NCBI GenBank assembly: GCA_014360895.1
Contig: JACIWQ010000003.1
Coordinates: 1-61,057 of the forward strand
Direction: 5' to 3'
DNA from: Thermoflexales bacterium
GTDB lineage: Bacteria > Chloroflexota > Anaerolineae > B4-G1 > DUEL01
DNA: 61,057 nucleotides
Positions 42,848 through 51,630 of this stretch are shown here, piece after piece. The position numbers and the translations under genes are program-made. The first letter of the stretch is position 1; each line of letters starts with the position of its first letter. The notes beneath the pieces were generated by a model, which was not told where the DNA came from, made no database searches, and saw nothing but the letters and a program-made list of their open reading frames with translations.

Positions 42848-44146
42848 ATGAAAAATGTGATGAGCCTTCGCTGCACCATCTGCGGCGCCGAGTACGGCGC
42901 GAATGAGGTGGACTACGTCTGCCCGCATCACGGGAACGACGGCATTCTGGATGTGGTTTATGACTATGACCGGATCCGGCGGGAGGTCTCGCCGGAGACA
43001 TTGGCCGCCCGCCCGGAGCGCTCCATCTGGCGCTATCTGCCCCTCCTGCCGGTGGACCCGGAGGTGGCCCGGCATCTGGCGGAGGGGACGGTGCTGGGAA
43101 GCGTCGGGTGGACGCCGCTCTATCCGGCTCCCCGTCTGGCTCATGGGCTGGGGCTGCGGCACCTCTGGGTCAAGGACGATAGCCGCCAGCCCACCGCGTC
43201 CTTCAAGGACCGCGCCTCGGCGGTCGCGGTGGTCAAAGCGCGGGAGCGCGGGGCAGAGGTGGTGACGACGGCCAGCACGGGCAATGCCGCCGCCGCGCTG
43301 GCCGGGCTCAGTGCCGCCGTCGGCCAGCGCACCGTTATCTTCGTCCCCCGCACTGCCCCCCCGGCCAAAGTGGCCCAACTCCTGGCCTTCGGCGCCACCG
43401 TCCTGCTGGTGGACGGCACCTATGACCAGGCTTTTGACCTCTGCCTGGAGGCGTCGGCGGCCTTCGGATGGTACAACCGCAACACCGCCTATAACCCGTA
43501 CATGTCCGAGGGGAAGAAGACCGCCGCCTACGAAATCTGCGAGCAACTGGCCGCGCAGACCGGCAGTCCGGCCCCCTTCCGGCCCCCGGATGTCATCCTC
43601 ATCCCCGTGGGCGATGGTTGCATCATCGGCGGCATCCACAAGGGGCTGCGGGACCTGGCTGCTCTGGGCTGGATAGAACGTATGCCGCGCCTGATCGGGG
43701 TCCAGGCCGAGGGCTCCTCGCCGCTGGTGGACGCCTGGGAGCGGGGGCTGGAGGGCTGGGAGATGGTGCCCGTGGAGGCCCACTCGGTGGCGGACAGTAT
43801 CGTCGCCGGGCTCCCGCGCGACCGCATTAAGGCGCTGCGCGCGGTGCGGGAGACGGGCGGGGCCTTCCTGCGCGTAAGCGACGAGGAGATTCTGGCCGCC
43901 ATCCCCGCGCTGGCTCGGGGCTGCGGGGTCTTCGCGGAACCGGCGGCAGCGGCCGCCTACGCTGGCCTGGTGAAGGCCGTGGAGCGGGGACTGGTGGGAG
44001 CGGAGGAGCAGGTCGTCGTCCTGGCTACCGGCTCCGGCCTGAAGGACGTCGCCAGTGTGATGAAGGCGACGGGCCAGCCTCTCACCGTCGCCCCCGACTT
44101 GGAAGACGTCCGGCGGGCGCTGGCGAAGGAATCGGAGGGGAGATGA
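42848..44146 (+). CDS. Threonine synthase-like PLP enzyme with an N-terminal Zn-ribbon
   Basis: CTICGAEY...CPHHG ribbon, PLP-lysine motif SFKDRAS, ASTGNAAAALA. The stop overlaps the next gene's ATG (ATGA at 44143-44146). Confidence 0.75.
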   Translation: MKNVMSLRCTICGAEYGANEVDYVCPHHGNDGILDVVYDYDRIRREVSPETLAARPERSIWRYLPLLPVDPEVARHLAEGTVLGSVGWTPLYPAPRLAHGLGLRHLWVKDDSRQPTASFKDRASAVAVVKARERGAEVVTTASTGNAAAALAGLSAAVGQRTVIFVPRTAPPAKVAQLLAFGATVLLVDGTYDQAFDLCLEASAAFGWYNRNTAYNPYMSEGKKTAAYEICEQLAAQTGSPAPFRPPDVILIPVGDGCIIGGIHKGLRDLAALGWIERMPRLIGVQAEGSSPLVDAWERGLEGWEMVPVEAHSVADSIVAGLPRDRIKALRAVRETGGAFLRVSDEEILAAIPALARGCGVFAEPAAAAAYAGLVKAVERGLVGAEEQVVVLATGSGLKDVASVMKATGQPLTVAPDLEDVRRALAKESEGR

Positions 44147-45306
44147 AGCGATCTATCTATATGGACTACTCCGCCACCACGCCGGTGGACTCCCGGGTGG
44201 TGGAGGCGATGGCGCCCTACTGGAGCGAAGTCTTCGGGAACACCTCATCGGCCCATGCCTGGGGGCAGGCCGCCGCGGCCGCGCTGGAACGGGCGCGGGA
44301 GCAGGTTGCCCGCATCCTGGGTTGCCGCCCGTCGGAGATTGTCTTCACCGCGTCGGGGACGGAGGCGGATAATCTGGCCCTGCGCGGCGTCGCCTGGGCC
44401 GCCCGTCGGGCCGGCCGGGGCAACCACATCATCACCACACCTGTAGAACACCACGCGGTGGAGGCGACCGTGGAGCAACTCCACCGCCTCTTCGGTTTTG
44501 AGGTGACGGTCGTCCCGGTGGACGGGCACGGGCTGGTAGACCCCGAAGCGGTCCGGCAGGCCATCCGTCCCGATACCATCCTGGTCAGCGTGATGACGGC
44601 CAGCAACGAGGTGGGCACGGTCCAACCCATTCCCGAAATCGCCGCCGTCTGCCGGGAGTACGGCGTCCCCTTTCACACCGACGCGGTCCAGGCCGCCGGA
44701 CGGATGGCGCTGAATGTGGAGGACCTGGGGGTGGACCTGCTGGCCCTCTCGGCCCACAAGTTCTACGGCCCTAAGGGGGTGGGGCTTCTCTACGTCCGGC
44801 GGGGACTGGCGCTGGTGCCGGCCATCACCGGCGGCGGGCACGAAGGGGGCCGCCGCCCCGGCACCGTCAACGTGGCCGGCATTGTCGGCATGGCGACCGC
44901 GCTGGAACTGGCGGAGGCGGCGCGGGAGGAGGAGACAGCGCGCCTGGCCCGCCTGCGGGACCGGCTGATAGCGGGCATCCTCTCCGCCATCCCGGAGGTC
45001 CGCCTGACCGGCCACCCGACCCGGCGGCTCCCGCACCTGGCCAGTTTCGCCATCCGGGGCGTGGAGGGGGCGTCGGTGGTGATCGGACTGGACCTGGAGG
45101 GCATTGCGGCCAGTTCCGGGGCGGCCTGCGCGGAGGGGGAGGCCCGCCCGTCCCCCGTTCTGGAGGCTATGGGACTCCCGCCGGAGTGGGCGGTGGGGGC
45201 ACTGCGCCTCTCCCTGGGCCGGTACAACACCGAAGAGGACGTGGAGGCCGTGCTGGAGGTTTTGCCGCGAGTGGTGGCCCGGTTGCGGGAAGGCTCCCCT
45301 GGATAA
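44143..45306 (+). CDS. Cysteine desulfurase (NifS/IscS class V aminotransferase)
   Basis: YMDYSATTP, TSGGTEADN-like (ASGTEADN), PLP lysine SAHKFYGPKGVG, active-site loop SSGAAC. Confidence 0.9.
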   Translation: MKRSIYMDYSATTPVDSRVVEAMAPYWSEVFGNTSSAHAWGQAAAAALERAREQVARILGCRPSEIVFTASGTEADNLALRGVAWAARRAGRGNHIITTPVEHHAVEATVEQLHRLFGFEVTVVPVDGHGLVDPEAVRQAIRPDTILVSVMTASNEVGTVQPIPEIAAVCREYGVPFHTDAVQAAGRMALNVEDLGVDLLALSAHKFYGPKGVGLLYVRRGLALVPAITGGGHEGGRRPGTVNVAGIVGMATALELAEAAREEETARLARLRDRLIAGILSAIPEVRLTGHPTRRLPHLASFAIRGVEGASVVIGLDLEGIAASSGAACAEGEARPSPVLEAMGLPPEWAVGALRLSLGRYNTEEDVEAVLEVLPRVVARLREGSPG

Positions 45307-45329
45307 GGCACCGGAGGGGAAGGGCGGAT

Positions 45330-45788
45330 ATGACCAAGACGAGGGGATTGGAACAACCCGAGGACCTGGAAGCGCTAAAGGGAGTTTTCGGGAAGTATCC
45401 GGAGGTCCAGGCAGTCTACCTTTTCGGATCTGTCGCTGAGGGACGAAAAGGCCCCGAAAGCGACCTGGACCTGGCGATCGTGCCCCGATCTCCGGCCGCG
45501 CGGGCCCGCCGGCTGGACATTCTGGCCGACCTGGCCCGGGCGGGCTTCTGCAATGTGGACCTGATCTTTCTGGATACCAACGACATTGTCCTGCGATATG
45601 AGGCGGTTCGCCTCAATCGGGTAGTATATCAGGCGGAGGACTTTGACCCGGGAGAGATGTATTCCCGGATCGTCCGCCAGTTTCTGGATTTTTTACCGTA
45701 CCTTCAGGTGCAGCGCGAAGCATATAGACGGAGGATTCTCCATGATTCGGGCCGAGGTCATCCGCAGGCGGTTGAACAAACTGGATGA
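45330..45788 (+). CDS. mntA: Nucleotidyltransferase antitoxin, MntA type (type VII TA)
   Basis: LFGSVAEGRKGPESDLDLAI minimal NTase motif (GS-x9-11-DxD). Immediately precedes and overlaps a DUF86/HepT gene. Confidence 0.8.
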   Translation: MTKTRGLEQPEDLEALKGVFGKYPEVQAVYLFGSVAEGRKGPESDLDLAIVPRSPAARARRLDILADLARAGFCNVDLIFLDTNDIVLRYEAVRLNRVVYQAEDFDPGEMYSRIVRQFLDFLPYLQVQREAYRRRILHDSGRGHPQAVEQTG

Positions 45789-46155
45789 ATACCTTTCCAT
45801 CCTGCGAAGCATCCAGAGATACCAATGGGATGAGTTCATCCAGGACCCTGAACACTATGGAAGCGCAGAGCGCTTTCTCCAACTGGCGATTGAGGCCGTG
45901 AATGACATCGGAAGTCACATCATTGCCGCGCTGGATCTGGGGACGGTCAACTGGTACAGCGACATTCCGGCGATTCTGGGGGAGAAGGGATACGTCTCTC
46001 CGGCGCTGCAAGAGCGGTGGATCCGGATGATCGGTTTCCGAAACGCGCTGGTCCACGACTATCTGGATATAGACCGCCGGATCGTCTATGAAGCGCTCCA
46101 GGGAAGCCTGGAGGACCTGGAGGCGCTGAGAGAGGTCTTTGCCCGATTTCTATGA
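45742..46155 (+). CDS. hepT: HEPN-domain toxin, HepT/DUF86 type
   Basis: MIRAEVIRRRLNKLDEYL start and HEPN R-x4-H motif RNALVHDY. GGAGG precedes the ATG at 45742. The stop overlaps the mnmA ATG (ATGA at 46152-46155). Confidence 0.85.
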   Translation: MIRAEVIRRRLNKLDEYLSILRSIQRYQWDEFIQDPEHYGSAERFLQLAIEAVNDIGSHIIAALDLGTVNWYSDIPAILGEKGYVSPALQERWIRMIGFRNALVHDYLDIDRRIVYEALQGSLEDLEALREVFARFL

Positions 46156-47240
46156 ACCGCCATGTCGTTGCCGCGATGAGCGGAGGGGTGGATAGCAGCG
46201 TTGCGGCGGCGCTGCTGGTAGAGCAGGGCTACCGGGTGACCGGGGTGATGCTGCGCCTGTGGGCCGAGCCCGCCGCCGGTTGCCGGGAGAACCTCTGCTG
46301 TACGCCGGAGGCGGTGGAGCGGGCGCAGGACGTCGCCGCGCGGCTGGGCATCCCGTTCTATGAGGTGGACATGCGGGAGCCCTTCCGTCGCGCCGTGGTG
46401 GAGACCTTCATTGCCGAGTACGTCGCCGCCCGGACCCCCAACCCCTGTATCCCCTGCAACCGGGAAATTCGGTTCGGCTTGCTGATGCAGTGGGCCCGGG
46501 AGCACGGCGCGGACTTCCTGGCGACCGGCCACTATGCCCGCGTTCGCCGGGTGGGTGACCGCTACCAGTTGCTGCGGGGCCGGGACCGGGCCAAAGACCA
46601 GTCCTACGTCCTGCACATCCTGACGCAGGAGCAACTGGCGCATGTCCTTTTCCCCCTGGGCGACCTGACCAAGACGGAGGTTCGGGAAATGGCGCGGGCC
46701 CGGGGCCTCCCCGTCGCCGACCAGCCGGAGAGCCAGGACGTCTGCTTCCTGGCGGACGGGGATTACCGCCGGTTCGTCGCCGAACATGCACCGGAGGCGG
46801 TCCGGCCCGGCCCCATCCTGGATACATCGGGTCGGGTGCTGGGAGAGCACAGGGGGTTGATTCACTACACCGTCGGGCAGCGGAAGGGCATCGGGGTCGC
46901 CGCGCCGGTTCCCCTCTACGTCCTGGCGCTGGACCCCCAGCGCAATGCCCTGATTGTGGGGCGGGCGGAGGAGTTGGGGCAATCGGAGTGCATGGTCGCC
47001 CGGATGCACTACATCTCCGGCGAGGAGCCGCCCGGGCCCTTTGAGGCCACTGCTCAGATTCGCTATCGGCACCGAGAGGCGCCGGTTGTGGCCACGCCGT
47101 TGCCCGGAGGACGGCTCCACGTCCGTTTCGCCGTCCCCCAGCGGGACATCACCCCAGGCCAGTACCTGGTGCTCTATGACGGCGAGATGGTCCTGGGGGG
47201 TGGGGTGATTTGTGCGCCCTGGGAAAACGTGATACAATAG
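46152..47240 (+). CDS. mnmA: tRNA-specific 2-thiouridylase (tRNA U34 2-thiolation)
   Basis: PP-loop VVAAMSGGVDSSVAA, NPCI.CN, KDQSYVL, F.LG...K.EVR..A, QDVCF. Confidence 0.95.
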   Translation: MNRHVVAAMSGGVDSSVAAALLVEQGYRVTGVMLRLWAEPAAGCRENLCCTPEAVERAQDVAARLGIPFYEVDMREPFRRAVVETFIAEYVAARTPNPCIPCNREIRFGLLMQWAREHGADFLATGHYARVRRVGDRYQLLRGRDRAKDQSYVLHILTQEQLAHVLFPLGDLTKTEVREMARARGLPVADQPESQDVCFLADGDYRRFVAEHAPEAVRPGPILDTSGRVLGEHRGLIHYTVGQRKGIGVAAPVPLYVLALDPQRNALIVGRAEELGQSECMVARMHYISGEEPPGPFEATAQIRYRHREAPVVATPLPGGRLHVRFAVPQRDITPGQYLVLYDGEMVLGGGVICAPWENVIQ

Positions 47241-47266
47241 GAAAAACCTGCGGGAGCCCCGTCCAG

Positions 47267-47758
47267 ATGAAGCGACCCATCCTGGAGCGCGTGGCGGAAG
47301 AACTGACGAGGAGATATACCCGAGCCCTGGGGTCCAACCTGGTGGCTCTAGCTTTCTTCGGCTCCTGGGCCAGGGGGGAGGAAACAGAGAGCAGCGACCT
47401 GGATATTCTGCTGATCGCCTCGGAACTGCCAGATCACCCGTTGGAGCGGAATCGCCTGATCTACGAACCCCTTCAGGGCTGGAAAGGAAAGCCCTGCTCC
47501 ATCTCCGTATTGGCCCGAACCGTGCGGGAGTTTACGGCCGACATCACCCCTCTCCACCTGGACCTGGCCGCCGATGCCATCATTTTCTATGACCCGCAGG
47601 GTTTTCTGAAAGCCAAACTGGACCAGGTCCGGGGAATCATTGCTCAAGCCCGTCTGGTTCGAGAACGGGATGCTTATGGATTGTGGGCCTGGTGGTGGGA
47701 GAAGGGCGCCGAGCCTTCGGGTCGCTGGGCCATTACATGGGCCGGGGTTCAGAAATGA
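47267..47758 (+). CDS. Nucleotidyltransferase-domain protein (putative antitoxin of an NT/HEPN pair)
   Basis: FFGSWARGEETESSDLDILLI NTase motif. The stop overlaps the ATG of the next (HEPN) gene (ATGA at 47755-47758). Confidence 0.75.
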   Translation: MKRPILERVAEELTRRYTRALGSNLVALAFFGSWARGEETESSDLDILLIASELPDHPLERNRLIYEPLQGWKGKPCSISVLARTVREFTADITPLHLDLAADAIIFYDPQGFLKAKLDQVRGIIAQARLVRERDAYGLWAWWWEKGAEPSGRWAITWAGVQK

Positions 47759-48198
47759 TTTCGGCGAAGGATGCCCTCTTCCGGTTGGAGACTGCCCGGC
47801 GCTACCTGGCCGCTGCGGAAAAACTGCAAGAAGCACAAGAGTGGCCGGGCTGTGTGCATTACGCCCAACTGGCCGTGGAAAACGGAGTGAAGGCCATCCT
47901 GGCCTGCTGGGGACCTGTGCCCCGCTCCCACGACCTGACGGAATGGCTGCATCGGATTCTGGACCAGGATTTGCCGGATGAGATCCGCTCTCGTATCCAG
48001 CAACTGATTCCGCTTGCAGAGGAGTACGGTCGGCAGAAGCACGTTATGAGCACGTACGGCGATGAGGAGACATTTCTAACCCCGTGGGACCTTTTTGATG
48101 AAACCGATGCTCAGAAGGCGGTGGAAGACGCCCGTCAGTGTGTTACCCTTGCGGGAGAGATCTACGAGCATCAGTTTGGAGAACCGCCATCCCGTTGA
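47755..48198 (+). CDS. HEPN domain protein (putative toxin of an NT/HEPN pair)
   Basis: 147 aa, all-helical. A..L..A...L.....W..CV.YAQLAVE..VKA pattern and RSHDL motif, typical of HEPN proteins paired with minimal NTases. Confidence 0.7.
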   Translation: MISAKDALFRLETARRYLAAAEKLQEAQEWPGCVHYAQLAVENGVKAILACWGPVPRSHDLTEWLHRILDQDLPDEIRSRIQQLIPLAEEYGRQKHVMSTYGDEETFLTPWDLFDETDAQKAVEDARQCVTLAGEIYEHQFGEPPSR

Positions 48199-48210
48199 GA
48201 AAGGGGAGCG

Positions 48211-48681
48211 ATGAGAGGAGCAAGTACTGAGAATCCGGAAGCCGTTCCCACGCCCGCCGAGGCCCGCCTGAAGCGCAACCTGATTTTGAGTCTGGTCATC
48301 GTGGGGGTGCTGTTGCTGGGCATGATTGCCCTGCTGGTGGTACTGGCAGTGGACGCCTATCGCTCCCCGGTTCAGCCCAGTCCGGGGGCGGCGGTCGTCG
48401 CCCTGCTGCGGGATGCGGCCATCATCCTGGTCGCTTTTGAGACCCTCCTGATCGGCATCCTGCTCATCGTCCTGACAATTCAGGTTCAGGCATTGGTGTC
48501 GCTGCTGCGGGACGAGATTCGCCCGATGCTGGAAACCATCAACGACACCCTGGCGACAGTCCGGGGAACCACCCAATTCGTCAGCCATCATGTCGTCGCC
48601 CCGACCATCCAGGCCGCCGGTTTCGTGGCGGGTGTACGGCGGGTACTGAAGGAGATCGCGGGGGTCTTTAGAGGTGCATGA
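48211..48681 (+). CDS. Hypothetical membrane protein (two TM helices plus C-terminal amphipathic region)
   Basis: AAGGGGA precedes the ATG at 48211. LILSLVIVGVLLLGMIALLVVLAV and IILVAFETLLIGILLIVLTI. The stop overlaps the next ATG (ATGA at 48678-48681). Confidence 0.45.
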   Translation: MRGASTENPEAVPTPAEARLKRNLILSLVIVGVLLLGMIALLVVLAVDAYRSPVQPSPGAAVVALLRDAAIILVAFETLLIGILLIVLTIQVQALVSLLRDEIRPMLETINDTLATVRGTTQFVSHHVVAPTIQAAGFVAGVRRVLKEIAGVFRGA

Positions 48682-48911
48682 TGGTCCGTGAAAATCTGGC
48701 AAGGTCTTCGCATTTCCAGGATGTGATTGAGGCGGTAGAAGCGCTGCCACCGGATGACCAGGCCTTACTGGTAGAAATTATTCGCCACCGCTTGATTCAA
48801 TATCGTCGCAAGAGACTGGCAGCGGAGATCGCCGAGGCCCGTGAAGCCTACCAACGAGGTGAAGTCCATCGGGGTACGGTAGACGATCTGATGAAGGAGT
48901 TGGCGGATTGA
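48678..48911 (+). CDS. Putative type II antitoxin
   Basis: 77 aa, helical and acidic. Overlaps the start of the downstream RelE/ParE-family toxin gene by 4 nt. No specific family recognised. Confidence 0.55.
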   Translation: MMVRENLARSSHFQDVIEAVEALPPDDQALLVEIIRHRLIQYRRKRLAAEIAEAREAYQRGEVHRGTVDDLMKELAD

Positions 48912-49192
48912 GGGCCCTGGTCTGGAGTGCGACGTTTATACGGGCTTTTAAACGAGCCATCCGTCGCCAGCCGGAACTCCGCGCCAGAATTGAGCAAACC
49001 CTCCGGCAAATGGCCGAGGATCCCTTTCACCCCACCTTACACAGCCACAAATTGAAAGGCGAACTGGCTGGCTCATGGGCCTGTACAGTAGATTATGACC
49101 ATCGCATCCTTTTTGAATTCGTCCAGAATCCCGAGTCGGGAGAAGAAGAAATTCTCCTGCTAACCATCGGAACCCACGACGAAGTGTACTGA
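48908..49192 (+). CDS. Type II toxin, RelE/ParE (YafQ-like) superfamily
   Basis: 94 aa. F.RAFKR..R..PELR..I...L..M..DPFHP.L..HKL.G.L.G.W.C.V.YD.RI.F pattern. TTG start at 48908. Confidence 0.8.
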   Translation: MRALVWSATFIRAFKRAIRRQPELRARIEQTLRQMAEDPFHPTLHSHKLKGELAGSWACTVDYDHRILFEFVQNPESGEEEILLLTIGTHDEVY

Positions 49193-49224
49193 CGATATTC
49201 TCGCACAGGAACAGGAGGACTACC

Positions 49225-49614
49225 ATGGCGAAAGACAACGGCAGCGATGTGGTAGCTTTCCTGACCGGATTCGTGGTCGGCGGACTAGTGGGAGCGGCGG
49301 TGGCCCTCCTCTTCGCCCCCCAATCCGGTGAGGAGACCCGGGCTCAGATTCGCGCCAAAGGCGTGGAACTGAGCGAGAAGGCCAAAGAAGAGGCTGAGAG
49401 GGCCCGCCTGCGGGCGGAGCAGGCGCTGGAAGAGGCCCGAGCGAAGGCCGAGGCGGTCGCGGCGGACCTCCGCCGTCGGGCCGAAGAAATCCAGGCTCAG
49501 GGGCAGGTGGTCCTGGAAGAGGGCCGTCGGCAACTGACCGAGGCGGTGGAGGGGACCCGCAAGGCCGTCGCCCGGGCCCGAGGTGGCGCCCCTGCCGAAG
49601 AGCCATCTGCCTGA
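49225..49614 (+). CDS. YtxH domain protein
   Basis: FLTGFVVGGLVGAAVALLFAPQSGEETR hallmark, followed by a coiled coil. Confidence 0.8.
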   Translation: MAKDNGSDVVAFLTGFVVGGLVGAAVALLFAPQSGEETRAQIRAKGVELSEKAKEEAERARLRAEQALEEARAKAEAVAADLRRRAEEIQAQGQVVLEEGRRQLTEAVEGTRKAVARARGGAPAEEPSA

Positions 49615-49756
49615 TCTCGTCCCAACCCGACCGTTGCAAAACCCGCATCCAGGTCACGGGAACTTGTCGCGCGCCGGGTAAACGGCTCCCACCGGGAACA
49701 CCGGTTCGGGAAGGTGCAAACATCGGACACTTTTCCACGATGACAAGGAGGATCCC

Positions 49757-50572
49757 ATGCCGCACATCTCCATTCAAGGCCATCAGTTGTTTTACGAAGA
49801 CCGGGGCAACGGTTTTCCCCTTCTCTTCGGCCACAGTTATCTCTGGGACGGGGCCATGTGGGAGCCTCAGGTGGCGGCTCTTTCCGCCCGATACCGCTGT
49901 ATCGTCCCTGACCTTTGGGGGCATGGCCGCTCTGACCCACCCCCGCAGACCCCCTACTCTATAGAGGCTTTGGCAGAGGATTTCTGGACCCTCACCCGGT
50001 CTCTGGGGCTGGAGCGTTTCGCCGTTATCGGCCTCTCCGTCGGTGGCATGTGGGGAATCCAGATGGCGCTGATCCATCCCGAGGCAGTGGCAGCCCTGGT
50101 TGTGATGGACTCATATGTGGGTCCGGAACCGGAGGAAAATCGCCTGCGCTACTTCGGAATGATGGACATGGTGGAAAAGGCGGGAATGATCCCACCCCCC
50201 ATACGGGAGGCGGTCCTCCCCCTCTTCTTCTCTTCGGTCACTCTCCAGCAGAAACCCGACCTCCCAGCGCGCTTCCAATCCGCGCTGGCATCCATTCCTT
50301 CAGACCGCATCCCGGGTATTCTGACCATCGGCCGCGCCATCTTTGGGCGTTCCTCTCTCCTGGAGCAACTGCCCGGGTTGAACGTGCCCACCCTGATTAT
50401 CGTCGGCGCCGATGACCGTTCCCGTCCGCCCCACGAAGCCGAAGAAATGGCCCGCCGGATTCCCGGCGCACGGCTGGAGGTGATCCCTCAGGCAGGACAT
50501 ATCAGCAATCTGGAACAGCCCGACCGGGTGACGGCCCTGATTCGCGAGTTCCTGAAAGCAACGGTTGGGTGA
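49757..50572 (+). CDS. Alpha/beta hydrolase fold protein
   Basis: LLFGHS, nucleophile elbow GLSVGG, C-terminal GHISNLEQP (His of the triad). Confidence 0.85.
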   Translation: MPHISIQGHQLFYEDRGNGFPLLFGHSYLWDGAMWEPQVAALSARYRCIVPDLWGHGRSDPPPQTPYSIEALAEDFWTLTRSLGLERFAVIGLSVGGMWGIQMALIHPEAVAALVVMDSYVGPEPEENRLRYFGMMDMVEKAGMIPPPIREAVLPLFFSSVTLQQKPDLPARFQSALASIPSDRIPGILTIGRAIFGRSSLLEQLPGLNVPTLIIVGADDRSRPPHEAEEMARRIPGARLEVIPQAGHISNLEQPDRVTALIREFLKATVG

Positions 50573-50601
50573 GGACGATAAACTAAACGAGGAGGCCGCC
50601 G

Positions 50602-51087
50602 ATGGAACTTCTGACCGTTCGCGTCCAGAAACCGGATGACGTCAACTTCATCCTGGGGATGAGCCACTTCATCAAGACGGTGGAAGACATCCACGAAGCG
50701 CTGGTCAACACCGTCCCGGGCATCCGCTTCGGCCTGGCCTTCTGCGAGTCCTCCGGCCCGGCCTTGGTCCGCTGCACCGGCACCGACGCGGCGATGATAG
50801 AACTGGCGAAGCAGAACGCTCTGGCCATCGGCGCGGGCCATTCTTTCATCATCTTCCTGGCCCCCGGCTTCTACCCCATCAATGTCCTCAACGCCGTCAA
50901 GATGGTGCCGGAGGTTTGCCGCATCTTCTGCGCCACCGCCAACCCCGCCGAGGTCATCATCGCCCAGACGGAGCAGGGGCGGGCCATCCTGGGCGTGGTG
51001 GACGGCATCAGCCCCAAAGGGGTGGAGGGGCCGGAGGACGTGGCTCACCGCAAAGAATTCCTGCGCAGGATCGGCTATAAGATGTAA
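50602..51087 (+). CDS. Adenosine-specific kinase family (DUF355-type) protein
   Basis: 161 aa. FILGMSHFIKTVEDIHEALV...GIRFGLAFCE.SGP.LVR..G.D matches my memory of the Adenosine_kin family. Moderate confidence. Confidence 0.65.
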   Translation: MELLTVRVQKPDDVNFILGMSHFIKTVEDIHEALVNTVPGIRFGLAFCESSGPALVRCTGTDAAMIELAKQNALAIGAGHSFIIFLAPGFYPINVLNAVKMVPEVCRIFCATANPAEVIIAQTEQGRAILGVVDGISPKGVEGPEDVAHRKEFLRRIGYKM

Positions 51088-51098
51088 GGGAGGACAAG

Positions 51099-51620
51099 AT
51101 GCATGGCCCGCTGCCATCTGTGGTCCGCCAGGCCTGGGGAGAAAATATCGCTGATGCCTTCACGATCTGGCTGGAGGATTGGGGCGAACGGCTGGTCCGG
51201 GAAAAGGCCGTCCCCAGAGACGAATACCGGGAAGTTCTCTCTCGCCTGGACGTGCTGGATCGCGAGGTTGCCCTCCTGAGGGAAGAGCAAACTCTCTTGA
51301 GGTCGGAACTCCGGCAGGAAATTCACAACCTGCGCCAGGAAATGCTCAACCTCCACCAGGCAACCCAAGAGCGTCTGGACCGGGAATTCGGCCAAATCCA
51401 AGAGCGCCTGGACCGGGAATTCGGCCAAATCCAAGAGCGCCTGGACCGGGAATTCGGCCAAATCCAGGAGCGCATGGACCGGGAATCCGGCCAGATTCAA
51501 GAGCGCCTGGACCGGATGTATCAGCAGATGGTCGTCCAAACCCGATGGCTGATCGGAGCCCTATTAGGCTTCGGTACCATCATCACGGTCCTGCTGGCGA
51601 TCGCCCAATTCACGCCGTAG
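51099..51620 (+). CDS. Coiled-coil protein with a C-terminal TM anchor (DUF1640-like) carrying an 11-residue tandem repeat
   Basis: (E/Q)ERLDREFGQIQ repeated four times, then WLIGALLGFGTIITVLLAIAQF. Confidence 0.6.
   Translation: MHGPLPSVVRQAWGENIADAFTIWLEDWGERLVREKAVPRDEYREVLSRLDVLDREVALLREEQTLLRSELRQEIHNLRQEMLNLHQATQERLDREFGQIQERLDREFGQIQERLDREFGQIQERMDRESGQIQERLDRMYQQMVVQTRWLIGALLGFGTIITVLLAIAQFTP
51378..51509 (+). repeat. Four in-frame 33-nt tandem repeats inside the coiled-coil gene
   Basis: gaccgggaattcggccaaatccaagagcgcctg at 51378 and 51411 (identical). Variants at 51444 and 51477. Confidence 0.85.
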
Positions 51621-51630
51621 AAAAATTGGT

